From an uncultured Woeseiaceae bacterium (GTDB lineage Bacteria; Pseudomonadota; Gammaproteobacteria; Steroidobacterales; UBA11654), in contig CAZWGB010000001.1 in NCBI GenBank assembly GCA_964633465.1, forward strand, positions 4,753 through 68,752: DNA of 64,000 nt. The letters run 5' to 3'. The notes under the pieces were generated by a model. The model did no database searches, had not been told where the DNA came from, and saw only the letters and a program-made list of their open reading frames with translations. Below are positions 55,109 through 64,000 of this stretch, piece after piece. The translations under genes and the position numbers were made by a program. Numbering within the stretch: position 1 is the stretch's first letter; every line of letters starts with the position of its first letter.

Positions 55109-55423
55109 ATGAAATTAGATAGAAAATATACTGAAAAACAGGAAAGAGAAGTTGAAGATAAATTGTTTGAGGCCATTAAAACTTTAGATGGCTTTGAAGA
55201 GTATCGATCATTTTTTCTGGATATTCTTACTCCTGCAGAGTTCCAAGCCATAAAAGACAGATGGGCAGTAGCTGCACTTTTGTACGAAGGTTATACATAC
55301 AGAGAGATCAACAAAATTAGTGGTGTAAGCATTACCACGGTTGCACGTGTGGCAAGGTTTATATCCAATGGCTCAGGTGGATATCAACTAGCTCTTGAGA
55401 GAGTTAAGAAGAATAATGAATAA
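55109..55423 (+). CDS. TrpR-related YerC/YecD family DNA-binding protein
   Basis: 104 aa. LFEAI..L....E....F..D..TP.E......R..VA.LL.EG.TYREI....GVS..TVARV.R....GSGGYQLALER fits the YerC/YecD (Trp-repressor-like) pattern. Confidence 0.75.
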   Translation: MKLDRKYTEKQEREVEDKLFEAIKTLDGFEEYRSFFLDILTPAEFQAIKDRWAVAALLYEGYTYREINKISGVSITTVARVARFISNGSGGYQLALERVKKNNE

Positions 55424-56312
55424 AAAACGCATTAAAATTGCTATTCAAAAATCAGGCAGATTAGCCGATCATTCTTCTGATCTACTGAAAAAGTGTGGTT
55501 TGGTTGTTAGTCGAAATAAAGGACAGCTGATTGGCTATGCTGAAAATATGCCTTTTGATCTTTTGTTTGTAAGAGACGATGATATTCCAAGTCTGGTAAA
55601 AGATAATCTAGCTGATTTAGGCATAGTGGGTCTAAATGTTGTTTTGGAAAAACAATTTGAGTATACAAATTCCACACAAAAAGAGTTATTTTCCATTGAA
55701 GAATATTTAGATTTTGGTCAATGCAGACTGTCTTTCGCTTACCCAGAAGTTGGTGATATTCAATCACTGGACCAACTAGTAAATAAAAAAGTTGCTACTA
55801 GTTATCCATTTATTGTCGGTGATTATCTTGAAAGAGAGAATTTCGATGTAGAAGTAATAAAGTTTTCAGGTGCTCTTGAGCTGGCACCAAGTTTGGGCAG
55901 TGCGGATGCAATTTGCGATTTAGTGTCCTCAGGGAGGACATTGAGAGTCCATAATCTTAATGAAGGTGAGTCGATCTTAGAAAGCACGGCTGTAGTGATC
56001 AAATCTAAGAACATCTCGGACCCCTTTAAGCAAGAATGGATTAGGAAATTATTAGAACGTATTAGTGGCGTGTTGCAAGTTAGGGAGAGTAAATACGTCA
56101 TGATGCACGCTCCAAGGAATTCCATTGATAAGATCACTGAACTCATTCCTGGTACAGAATCGCCAACAATTATCCCACTCGAAGGGACAGATGAAACAGT
56201 TGCCTTGCACGTAGTGTGTAAGGAGGATGTTTTTTGGGAAACACTCGAAAATCTTAAGCAAGAAGGAGCATCGTCAATTTTAGTCGTCCCTGTCGAAAAA
56301 ATGTTGGTGTAA
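55416..56312 (+). CDS. hisG: ATP phosphoribosyltransferase, long form
   Basis: From ATG 55416 (MNKKRIKIAIQKSGRL), 298 aa, with a C-terminal regulatory domain. 8-nt overlap (ATGAATAA) with the TrpR-like gene. Confidence 0.9.
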   Translation: MNKKRIKIAIQKSGRLADHSSDLLKKCGLVVSRNKGQLIGYAENMPFDLLFVRDDDIPSLVKDNLADLGIVGLNVVLEKQFEYTNSTQKELFSIEEYLDFGQCRLSFAYPEVGDIQSLDQLVNKKVATSYPFIVGDYLERENFDVEVIKFSGALELAPSLGSADAICDLVSSGRTLRVHNLNEGESILESTAVVIKSKNISDPFKQEWIRKLLERISGVLQVRESKYVMMHAPRNSIDKITELIPGTESPTIIPLEGTDETVALHVVCKEDVFWETLENLKQEGASSILVVPVEKMLV

Positions 56313-56315
56313 ATT

Positions 56316-57620
56316 ATGGATCTCTTAGAAATTACTGATTGGAAATCGGCAACAGCAAAAAACCGTTTATCAGTTTTATCACGACCTGGTATTTCTCGAT
56401 CTGAGGATTTGGATTATCAAATCAAGGAAATCATCAATAATGTTCGTTTTGCAGGTGATGAAGCACTCAAGGAAATGACTTTAAAATACGATGATGTTTC
56501 ATTATCAGATTTTAAAATGACTCTGGATGAAATCGATCAAGCAATCAAGCAAACACCTCAGTCAATCAAAAAAGCAATCAAAATAGCAATTGCTAATGTT
56601 ACAAAATTCCACAAGCATAAAATGGAAACTTCTGTAGAATCCATTGAAGTTGTTCCAGGTGTCTTGTGTGGAGAAATAACAAAACCAATCCATTCTGTTG
56701 GTTTATATGTTCCATCTGGGAATAATCCACTTGCCTCCACTGCAATTATGCTAGGTGTCCCATCCTTATTGGCCAAATGTCCCCAGAGAATCTTATGTTC
56801 CCCACCAAACCAAGAAGGTTTGGTTGATAGAAACATTGTTACTGCTGCTTCTGCATGTGGGATATCAGATATTTACAAAATAGGCGGAGCACAAGCAATT
56901 GCAGCAATGGCATATGGAACAAAAACCATACCTAAAGTAGACAAAATATTTGGTCCTGGAAGTACATGGGTAACCATTGCAAAATCATTAATCGCTTCGA
57001 ATCATAATTCCGTTTCTATTGACATGCCTGCTGGTCCAACTGAAGTTATGGTAATTTCTGACGGCTCAATTGATCCATCCTTTGTCGCATTTGATTTACT
57101 GTCACAGGCAGAACATGGGCCTGACTCACAGGTTATATTGATTTGTACAAATCGGGATTTTGCAGAAAAGGTAAAATTTCAAGTTCATGAAATTCTAGGT
57201 GATTTATGCACCAAAGAGACTGCCCTGCAATCGCTAAAAAACAGCAGAGTTATTCTGGTTGATCATCTTGATAATGCATTCGAGATTGCAAACTCGTACG
57301 CGCCAGAACATTTAATCGTTGCATTGCCTGATGCAAGACAATACCTCGATAGTATTACTAATGCTGGTTCGATATTTCTTGGCTACTGGAGTCCAGAGTC
57401 TGCTGGGGATTATTGCAGTGGTACAAACCATGTTTTACCTACATATGGTTATGCAAAATCAATCAGTGGTATATCAGTGAGTAGTTTTACAAAGTCTATT
57501 TCTGTGCAAGAACTAACTCGAAGTGGATTGGCGAGACTATCAAGTACGATTATAGAATTGGCAAGAGCTGAAGGGTTGGAAGCACATGCAAGAGCTGTGG
57601 AAGTCCGATTAGAAAATTAA
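56316..57620 (+). CDS. hisD: Histidinol dehydrogenase
   Basis: 434 aa; IGGAQAIAAMAYGT, SQAEHG, GDY..GTNHVLPT motifs. Confidence 0.95.
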   Translation: MDLLEITDWKSATAKNRLSVLSRPGISRSEDLDYQIKEIINNVRFAGDEALKEMTLKYDDVSLSDFKMTLDEIDQAIKQTPQSIKKAIKIAIANVTKFHKHKMETSVESIEVVPGVLCGEITKPIHSVGLYVPSGNNPLASTAIMLGVPSLLAKCPQRILCSPPNQEGLVDRNIVTAASACGISDIYKIGGAQAIAAMAYGTKTIPKVDKIFGPGSTWVTIAKSLIASNHNSVSIDMPAGPTEVMVISDGSIDPSFVAFDLLSQAEHGPDSQVILICTNRDFAEKVKFQVHEILGDLCTKETALQSLKNSRVILVDHLDNAFEIANSYAPEHLIVALPDARQYLDSITNAGSIFLGYWSPESAGDYCSGTNHVLPTYGYAKSISGISVSSFTKSISVQELTRSGLARLSSTIIELARAEGLEAHARAVEVRLEN

Positions 57621-57621
57621 A

Positions 57622-58680
57622 GTGACTCTAGATATTAACAATCTTGTCAGGCCCGAAGTAATGGCACTTAAGCCATATAAACCTGCTCAATATTTACCGA
57701 ATATGATTCGGCTAAACGCCAATGAAAGTCCCTATACTTTATTTGATGAAAATGAAGATATGGCTTTGAATCTGTATCCTCAAGCCGTTCCTGTAAAAAT
57801 AAGGAATGCTGTTGCTGATTACTTAAATCTCAGTGTTGAGAAATGTGTTATTACACGGGGAAGCACTGAAGCAATCGATTTGCTTACAAGAGTTTTTTGT
57901 CGACCCAAAATAGATGAGGTAATTATTTTCCCTCCAACTTTTGAAATGTATCAGATGTATGCTTCAATCCAGGGGGCAAAAATTAAATCAGTGCCTTTGC
58001 TTGCAAATAAAAACTATGCTTTGGATGTTTCTGAATTAAAGAGACAAATTACCCCCGAAAGTAAATTGACCTTTCTGCCATCGCCATCTAATCCAACAGG
58101 CCATAGCTTTAATAAAAGAACAATTTTTGAAGTGTGCAAGTCTTTGAAGGGTTTTGGTTTGTTGATATTGGACGCTGCCTACATTGAATTTACGGACAAG
58201 GATTATACAAGTGAATTATTGAATGAGTTTGATAATGTTGTTGTCTTAAGAACACTCTCCAAGGCTTTCGGACTAGCTGGCTCTAGATGTGGCGCTATGT
58301 TGTCTTCTAAAGCAATCTGCGATCTTGTTATGAGGGTAATCCCACCTTATTCTTTTTCGGTGCCCGCAGAACAATCAGTTTTAAAGGCTTTGTCGGATAA
58401 AGGCATCACAAATTCAAAAAACAATATTAAGAAAATAATTGAAGAAAGAAAGTATTTGCTTGCTGAGTTTTCAAAGATAGATTGTATAAAAAAAGTGTTC
58501 CCTTCAGATGCTAATTTTATCCTGCTCAGGGTTGAAGATGCCGATCGATTCTATCAAAGGGCAATGGACGTTAAGTTACTCGTAAGGAATGTCAGTTATC
58601 AACCAACATTAGAAAACTGCATTAGGGTTACTGTTGGTAGTAGAGAACAAAATAATCTTCTTATTAAGGCCATCGCTTAA
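57622..58680 (+). CDS. hisC: Histidinol-phosphate aminotransferase
   Basis: GTG start 1 nt after the hisD stop; LNANE(S)P, SPSNPTG, and the RTLSKAFGLAG PLP-lysine motif. Confidence 0.9.
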   Translation: MTLDINNLVRPEVMALKPYKPAQYLPNMIRLNANESPYTLFDENEDMALNLYPQAVPVKIRNAVADYLNLSVEKCVITRGSTEAIDLLTRVFCRPKIDEVIIFPPTFEMYQMYASIQGAKIKSVPLLANKNYALDVSELKRQITPESKLTFLPSPSNPTGHSFNKRTIFEVCKSLKGFGLLILDAAYIEFTDKDYTSELLNEFDNVVVLRTLSKAFGLAGSRCGAMLSSKAICDLVMRVIPPYSFSVPAEQSVLKALSDKGITNSKNNIKKIIEERKYLLAEFSKIDCIKKVFPSDANFILLRVEDADRFYQRAMDVKLLVRNVSYQPTLENCIRVTVGSREQNNLLIKAIA

Positions 58681-58681
58681 A

Positions 58682-59758
58682 ATGAACACCAACAATACAA
58701 AAATCCTTTTCTTAGACCGAGATGGGACAATAATTTACGAGCCTGATGATTTTCAGGTCGATTCTATTGAAAAAATAAAATTGGTGCCCGGTGTCATCTC
58801 ATCACTTAACTCGTTATTGGAAAATGGTTATGAACTGGTAATGGTCAGTAATCAGGATGGTATGGGAACAAAAACTTTTCCTGCGCAAGACTTTCTCAAA
58901 GCACACAACTACATAATAGATTTATTTGAGTCACAAGGAATCAAGTTTAAGGATATATTCATCTGTCCTCATTTCAAATCCGATCGATGTGATTGCAGAA
59001 AACCTTCCACAGGCTTATTAACCGAATTTTTTGTAAAAAATAATATCGATAATGAAAGATCATATGTGATCGGTGATCGAAAAACCGATATGGAGTTAGC
59101 AAAAAAACTTACTTTAAAAGGTATCCAAATAGATCCGTATCGAGTTGGTGCATGGAAAAGTATTGAGAATGATATTCTGAGTGTTGACCGAAGATCAAAA
59201 ATTATTCGCGAGACTAGCGAAACGAAAATAAGTGCTGAAATTAACCTTGCTGTTTCAGAACCAGTAAACATTGATACAGGGATCGGTTTTTTTGATCACA
59301 TGTTAGAACAGTTAGCAAAACATGCAGATATATCGATTATTATCCAATGCCATGGTGATTTAAATATTGACGAACATCACTCTGTTGAGGATATAGCTCT
59401 TGCTCTTGGGCAGGCCTTTAGGCAGGCGCTGGGAAAGAAATATGGAATCAACCGTTATGGATTTACATTACCAATGGATGAATCCATTGCTTCCGTTACT
59501 TTGGATTTATCTGGCAGACCACACTTTTCTTTTAAAGGGCGCTTTAGTCGAGAAAAAGTAGGTGGTTTGCCAACAGAATTAATTCCCCATTTCTTTCAAT
59601 CATTAAGCCAATCTTTGAAAGCAAGTATCCATATAGAATTCAAAGGTGATGATAATCACCATATGATAGAGGCTTGTTTTAAAGCATTTGGGCGTGCATT
59701 TAAACAGGCAATTAGTCTTACCAGTAATAGTCTTCCATCCACAAAGGGTGTTTTGTGA
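58682..59758 (+). CDS. hisB: Bifunctional histidinol-phosphatase / imidazoleglycerol-phosphate dehydratase
   Basis: From ATG 58682: the HAD motif FLDRDGT, then IGPD motifs (GIGFFDHML, DEHHSVEDIALALG, NHHMIEACFKAFGRA). Confidence 0.95.
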   Translation: MNTNNTKILFLDRDGTIIYEPDDFQVDSIEKIKLVPGVISSLNSLLENGYELVMVSNQDGMGTKTFPAQDFLKAHNYIIDLFESQGIKFKDIFICPHFKSDRCDCRKPSTGLLTEFFVKNNIDNERSYVIGDRKTDMELAKKLTLKGIQIDPYRVGAWKSIENDILSVDRRSKIIRETSETKISAEINLAVSEPVNIDTGIGFFDHMLEQLAKHADISIIIQCHGDLNIDEHHSVEDIALALGQAFRQALGKKYGINRYGFTLPMDESIASVTLDLSGRPHFSFKGRFSREKVGGLPTELIPHFFQSLSQSLKASIHIEFKGDDNHHMIEACFKAFGRAFKQAISLTSNSLPSTKGVL

Positions 59759-60357
59759 GCCTTGAGACAAAAATTGCTGTAATAGATTATGGCGGTGCAA
59801 ATATTTCTTCACTCACATTTGCCCTAACTAGACTTAATGCCAAGTTTACAGTGACCAATAGAAGCGAAGAAATTTCGAGTGCAACCCACATAATACTTCC
59901 TGGAGTTGGAGCAGCTAAAGATGCAATGGAAAAACTTTCACAATCGAGCCTAATCAAGACAATCAAAAATCTTACTCAACCAACTTTGGGTATCTGTCTA
60001 GGAATGCAGCTTTTATTTGATTATTCAATGGAAGAAAACGTTAAGTGTTTAGGAATTATTGGAGGAGAATGTAGGAGTTTTGATCGCAAAAAAAATTTAC
60101 CAGTGCCACATATGGGATGGAACAATGTTTCGATAAATAAAAAAGTTCCATTGACTAATAATTTCAACGAAGGTTCTTACTTTTATTTTGTTCACAGTTT
60201 TTATACTCCATTGATTAATGAAACCGTGGCAACAACTAAATATGTTGTTCCTTTCTCAAGTATTGTGCAGAAAGAAAATTTTATGGGCACACAATTTCAT
60301 CCAGAAAAATCAGGAAAAGAAGGCTCAAAACTTCTAGGTTCATTTATCAATTTATAA
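59755..60357 (+). CDS. hisH: Imidazole glycerol phosphate synthase, glutamine amidotransferase subunit
   Basis: GTG start in a GTGA overlap with hisB; GICLGMQLL catalytic Cys motif; FHPEKS. Confidence 0.9.
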   Translation: MSLETKIAVIDYGGANISSLTFALTRLNAKFTVTNRSEEISSATHIILPGVGAAKDAMEKLSQSSLIKTIKNLTQPTLGICLGMQLLFDYSMEENVKCLGIIGGECRSFDRKKNLPVPHMGWNNVSINKKVPLTNNFNEGSYFYFVHSFYTPLINETVATTKYVVPFSSIVQKENFMGTQFHPEKSGKEGSKLLGSFINL

Positions 60358-60363
60358 AATTTT

Positions 60364-61101
60364 ATGAATTTAATACCAGCAATTGATCTTATGGATGGAC
60401 AATGCGTCAGATTATTTCAGGGTGGTTTTAATACTGTAACTTATTATGATTTCAATCCTACTGATTTAGCCAATAAATATGAGGAAATGGGTTTTTCAAA
60501 GCTACATATTGTTGATCTTGATGGGAGTAGAAAAGGATTTTCAAATAATTCAAGTGTAATTACCGAAATTATTAAATCCTCAGGCTTGATAGTTCAATTG
60601 GGCGGAGGGATTCGAAGTATAGATAAAATTAGAGAATGGATTGATATAGGGGTTGATCGAATAATATTAGGCAGCTATGCAATTCATAATATCAACAAAC
60701 TGAGAAATTCGTTGAATGACAATGAATGCTCCAAACTCATTATTGCTTTGGACGTTTTATTCAAAAACAATCTACCCGTAGTTATGACTCATGGATGGCA
60801 GAAATCAAGCGGCAAATCTTTGTGGTCATTACTGAAAAAATTTAATGAGGAAAATTTTGACAATTTTCTTGTCACTGATATATCAAAAGATGGAACGATG
60901 ATTGGACCAAATATCGAATTATATTCGAACTGTATAGAGTACTCTCCAGAGTCACGTTTTACTGCTTCCGGAGGCATATCTAATATCTCAGATGTCATTG
61001 AATTGTCTGATTTAGGTTTAGATTCAACTGTCACTGGTAAAGCCCTATTAGAAAATACAATCACTGCAGAGGAGATAAAAAAATTCTTACGAAACGAATA
61101 A
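60364..61101 (+). CDS. hisA: ProFAR isomerase
   Basis: [18 protein letters not shown]-terminus and GGGIRS motif; 245 aa. Confidence 0.9.
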   Translation: MNLIPAIDLMDGQCVRLFQGGFNTVTYYDFNPTDLANKYEEMGFSKLHIVDLDGSRKGFSNNSSVITEIIKSSGLIVQLGGGIRSIDKIREWIDIGVDRIILGSYAIHNINKLRNSLNDNECSKLIIALDVLFKNNLPVVMTHGWQKSSGKSLWSLLKKFNEENFDNFLVTDISKDGTMIGPNIELYSNCIEYSPESRFTASGGISNISDVIELSDLGLDSTVTGKALLENTITAEEIKKFLRNE

Positions 61102-61850
61102 TCCCATGTCTAGATGTTAAGGAAGGCTCGGTGGTAAAAGGAGTTCGCTTTCAGAATCATGAGGTGATTGGAGATATCTTGGATTTAGCTTCGAAATATA
61201 ATCTTGAAGGAGCAGATGAGCTCGTCTTTTACGATATTACAGCAAGTCCAGATAATAGATCTGTTGATAAAAAATGGATTCATAAAATTGCTAAAAAACT
61301 GGATATTCCTTTCTGCGTAGCAGGAGGTATTAAATCAGTTGCAGAAGCTGAAGAGGTTTTGAATTATGGAGCTGACAAAATATCAATCAATACGCCAGCT
61401 TTGTTAAACCCAGATCTAATTGATAATTTAGCAGAACGTTTTGGTTCCCAGTGTGTGGTAGTAGGCATAGACAGTTTTCAAGAAGATTCCGAATATAGAG
61501 TTTACAGTTATACAGGTGACCCAAATAAAACGGTTAATACCTTAAAGAACACTTTTGATTGGGTGAAAGAAGTGCAACATAGAGGTGCTGGAGAGATTGT
61601 TCTAAATTGCATGAATCAAGATGGTGTTAAACGAGGTTTTGATATTGATCAGCTTCTGAGAGTTAGAGATCTATGCACAGTTCCATTGATTGCTTCTGGC
61701 GGGGCTGGGACCATGAAACATTTTGCAGAAGTAATAAAAAAAGCAGATGTCAGTGGGGCACTAGCAGCATCAGTTTTTCATAAAGAATTGATAGGTATAA
61801 CCCAGTTAAAACAATACTTAATCAAACAAGACATAGAGGTAAGAATATGA
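61083..61850 (+). CDS. hisF: Imidazole glycerol phosphate synthase cyclase subunit, apparently initiated at ATT
   Basis: The track ORF starts at GTG 61131, but the in-frame upstream codons read (ATT)[22 protein letters not shown]. This aligns residue for residue with E. coli His[24 protein letters not shown]. No ATG/GTG/TTG is available in that frame after the stop at 61038. AGGAG (61070-61074) lies 8 nt before ATT 61083. Confidence 0.9.
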   Translation: MLTKRIIPCLDVKEGSVVKGVRFQNHEVIGDILDLASKYNLEGADELVFYDITASPDNRSVDKKWIHKIAKKLDIPFCVAGGIKSVAEAEEVLNYGADKISINTPALLNPDLIDNLAERFGSQCVVVGIDSFQEDSEYRVYSYTGDPNKTVNTLKNTFDWVKEVQHRGAGEIVLNCMNQDGVKRGFDIDQLLRVRDLCTVPLIASGGAGTMKHFAEVIKKADVSGALAASVFHKELIGITQLKQYLIKQDIEVRI

Positions 61851-62146
61851 GCAAAATATCCAATAAATTTATTTTTAAATTGGAAGACATTATAGATAAA
61901 AGAATAGTGGATCAGTCTGAAATGAGCTATACCGTTGACATTCTTAATAAAGGAGTCGGTCAAGTGGCAAAGAAACTCCTCGAAGAGAGCTCAGAACTTG
62001 CTTTCGCATCTGTAGAACAAAAGAGTACAGCAGATATTGTCCACGAAGCAGCAGATTTAATTTTTCATTTTTTAATCATGCTTAAAGCAACAGGTCTGAC
62101 ATTAAATGATGTTTCAGAGGAATTGGAAAGTAGACATAAAAACTAA
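61847..62146 (+). CDS. hisE: Phosphoribosyl-ATP pyrophosphatase
   Basis: 99 aa; SYT..LL..G......KK..EE..E pattern; ATGA overlap with hisF. Confidence 0.85.
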   Translation: MSKISNKFIFKLEDIIDKRIVDQSEMSYTVDILNKGVGQVAKKLLEESSELAFASVEQKSTADIVHEAADLIFHFLIMLKATGLTLNDVSEELESRHKN

Positions 62147-62163
62147 GAACTCATGTTCCCAGG

Positions 62164-62658
62164 CTATAGTTTGGTTGGGTTAGAAGTCTCAGAATAAACA
62201 ATCTCTGGATCAAAAACTTTTTCAGAATCACTGAAACTGAGCATGATTTTTTTATTCACTTTAAGATTCTGATTAAGTCTAATTTTTCGATAAAAACAAG
62301 AGCGATAACCCACGTGACAGCTTGCGCCCCCTGTTACTGTTACCTTTGCCCAAACAGCATCTTGATCGTCATCAATGACCAATTCGTTGACTTTTTGGAC
62401 AAAACCACTTGTTTCTCCTTTATGCCAAATGATTCCTCTACTTCGGCTGAAATAATGCATTTCTCCTTTTTGTATGGTGAGCCTAAAAGCCTCCCGATCC
62501 ATGTAAGCATGCATCAATAGTTCACCTGTTTCGAAATCGGTCGTGACGACTGGGATGAGTCCTTTTGAATCAAATTTAGGGGCTAGCTCATTACCTTCTT
62601 CAACTTGTTTTATGCTTCTTCTCTCAGAGAAAATATTTTCATTTTTCACTTGTTTCAT
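62164..62658 (-). CDS. hisI: Phosphoribosyl-AMP cyclohydrolase
   Basis: GLIPVVTTD...ELLMHAYMDREA...YFSRSR...WHKGETSG....V.....D.D.D.....V...G..CH.G..SCF; 164 aa with a C-terminal extension. Confidence 0.9.
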   Translation of the reverse strand: MKQVKNENIFSERRSIKQVEEGNELAPKFDSKGLIPVVTTDFETGELLMHAYMDREAFRLTIQKGEMHYFSRSRGIIWHKGETSGFVQKVNELVIDDDQDAVWAKVTVTGGASCHVGYRSCFYRKIRLNQNLKVNKKIMLSFSDSEKVFDPEIVYSETSNPTKL

Positions 62659-63766
62659 GTCTCCTATTTAACAACTCTGTTTCCAACTGGACGCTCAAAC
62701 CTGCCCTTATATTCTCAGTACGTTCAGCCAGTAGTGTTTTCCACCATGCCACCGTGTCCCTGGCTGTTTCTCTTGTGGGTCGATTCCAGAGTCCTTTAGC
62801 TACTGATCTCTTACCACTGACTAGAGCTGCACCAGCATATTCTGAAATGGGCGGTATCCAGATTGGAAATGCACCTTCATCGATATTGCCCTGAGCTTGG
62901 ATAAATTCATAGTCAACCCAGACTGGGACCATGTCGGCACCAGTAACCGCAAGACTGTCATTCAAAAGATCGCCCATTGTGAAAGTGCCTGCGGGCGTCA
63001 CTGTATTGTATGTGCCGATTATGTTCTTATCGGCCACATCGATGGTAAATTTTGCCAAATCCCGGACATCAATAATCTGGATCATGTCCTTCGGAGTTCC
63101 TGGCCAAACCATTTCACCACCCAGTAGGGTGCGTGCAAGCCAGTAGGTATAGCGATCGGTGTGATCACCTGGACCTGCAACATAGGTAGGACGAAGGATG
63201 GACAGTCGCTTTTCGCCAAATTCCTGTGCAACTCTTTTCTCACACAGTGCCTTAAGTGGACCATAGGTATCAGGGGTTACTTTTTCGATGCTTTCATCAG
63301 CAATTTTAGCCAGTGGTGCATCTTCGTTTAAAGGTTCAGCTAAACTGGCATAGGCTGAAACAGTGGAGGTATAAATGTAGTGAGAGGTGACAGGTGCCAG
63401 TAGCCTGGCTGAATCTCTAACGTGTCTTGGTACATAACCTGAGTTGTCAATAACCACATCCCAGCTGTTTCCATGCAGAGCATCCAATCCGTTATTTCTA
63501 TCGCCAATAAGGGTTTCTAAATCAGGGAATAAAGCGTTGTTGGTGCGACCTCTATTGAAAAGAGTTACATCATGTCCTCGTTTTAATGCTTCTCTAACCA
63601 TGTGTGGGCCTAGAAAACCAGTACCTCCTAGAATCAAAATACGCAGTGAATTTCCATTGAAGTCTACATAATTTTTAGCTTGAGATAGTTGGAGCGGACT
63701 TCCAAAAGCAAGTGCTCCGGTTCCTAATAATCCTCCCTTAAGGATCTGACGTCGTTTATTGTCCAT
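62639..63766 (-). CDS. NAD-dependent epimerase/dehydratase (extended SDR) family protein with a twin-arginine signal
   Basis: MDNKRRQILKGGLLGTGALAFG Tat-type leader, followed by ILILGGTGFLGPHMVREALKRGHDVTLFNRG. Its 3' end overlaps the hisI start by 20 nt. Confidence 0.8.
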   Translation of the reverse strand: MDNKRRQILKGGLLGTGALAFGSPLQLSQAKNYVDFNGNSLRILILGGTGFLGPHMVREALKRGHDVTLFNRGRTNNALFPDLETLIGDRNNGLDALHGNSWDVVIDNSGYVPRHVRDSARLLAPVTSHYIYTSTVSAYASLAEPLNEDAPLAKIADESIEKVTPDTYGPLKALCEKRVAQEFGEKRLSILRPTYVAGPGDHTDRYTYWLARTLLGGEMVWPGTPKDMIQIIDVRDLAKFTIDVADKNIIGTYNTVTPAGTFTMGDLLNDSLAVTGADMVPVWVDYEFIQAQGNIDEGAFPIWIPPISEYAGAALVSGKRSVAKGLWNRPTRETARDTVAWWKTLLAERTENIRAGLSVQLETELLNRRHETSEK

Positions 63767-63904
63767 TTATTTTGTAAGTTGTTGAATGATCAGTCACAAG
63801 TTTATATGAGGCTCTATTAGATATCTATTCACTCTTGTTGATCTGATCAACTTGAGGCACTGGGTTCGTTGAGGTAAGGTCTAAACATGAAAAAATTAGG
63901 CCAA

Positions 63905-63976
63905 TGGGGTGTAGCCAAGCGGTAAGGCAACAGGCTCTGACCCTGTGATTCGCAGGTTCGAATCCTGCCACCCCAG
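63905..63976 (+). tRNA. tRNA-Gln (anticodon CTG)
   Basis: Manual fold: acceptor TGGGGTG/CACCCCA, D arm GCC-AAGCGGTAA-GGC, anticodon stem ACAGG/CCTGT with loop CT-CTG-AC, T arm GCAGG-TTCGAAT-CCTGC, discriminator G, no encoded CCA. Very similar to E. coli tRNA-Gln. Confidence 0.9.
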
Positions 63977-64000
63977 AATTTACCGCATTGTTAAGCCAGA

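Noticed and set aside
63837-63851. Palindrome gttgatc-t-gatcaac between the SDR/hisI unit and tRNA-Gln
   Set aside because: It is a single short palindrome in an AT-rich promoter region. It may be an operator, but nothing else supports that.
1-64000. Looked for CRISPR arrays, rRNA, integrases/transposases, phage genes and classical defence genes
   Set aside because: None recognised. The only mobile-element-like trace is the 59-aa IS30-like HTH ORF, and the only rearrangement scar is the GST remnant.

Overview
AT-rich, tightly packed bacterial chromosomal window with many 1-, 4- and 8-nt gene overlaps. IlvD, HisF, IbpA and tRNA-Gln closely resemble enterobacterial sequences as I remember them, so a streamlined, probably marine, gammaproteobacterium-like organism is a low-confidence guess. 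I see no rRNA, no CRISPR array and no intact mobile element. Recognisable content, left to right: (1) a propionyl-CoA to succinyl-CoA operon: MatB-like ligase, methylmalonyl-CoA mutase, pccB, and the start of pccA. (2) A likely F420-dependent LLM oxidoreductase. (3) An ibpA-like sHSP with a sigma-32-type promoter, and an FTR1 iron permease with a Fur box. (4) A complete coenzyme F420 operon led by ilvD: ilvD-fno-cofE-cofD-cofC-fbiC. (5) aceE, an Fe-ADH, an amidase and a homocysteine S-methyltransferase. (6) A divergent pair of tightly coupled operons of mostly unknown function, which I consider the best candidate for an undescribed system. It holds a flavin-reductase-like protein, an ICMT-type methyltransferase, a kinase-like protein and a tiny membrane protein on one side. 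On the other side it holds a cytochrome c fusion, a DUF169 protein, an SDR, an amidohydrolase lipoprotein and YbjQ. Two of its proteins share a PCP_red-like C-terminal domain. (7) SCO1 with a Tat-signal flavoprotein, and a DUF5916-like outer-membrane protein. (8) pcm, cfa and iaaA. (9) A truncated GST remnant next to an lldD-like gene and an amidase-creatininase fusion. (10) A DUF1592/DUF1552 (planctomycete-type) pair with an exported ankyrin-repeat protein. (11) A LOG-PepSY-unknown-IDO operon. (12) A TrpR-like YerC/YecD gene translationally coupled to hisGDCBHAFE, with hisI on the opposite strand, then tRNA-Gln. Two genes (hisF and ybjQ-like) have conserved N-termini that can only be translated from ATT codons preceded by good Shine-Dalgarno sequences. 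All functional calls rest on motif and sequence recognition by eye; no searches were run.
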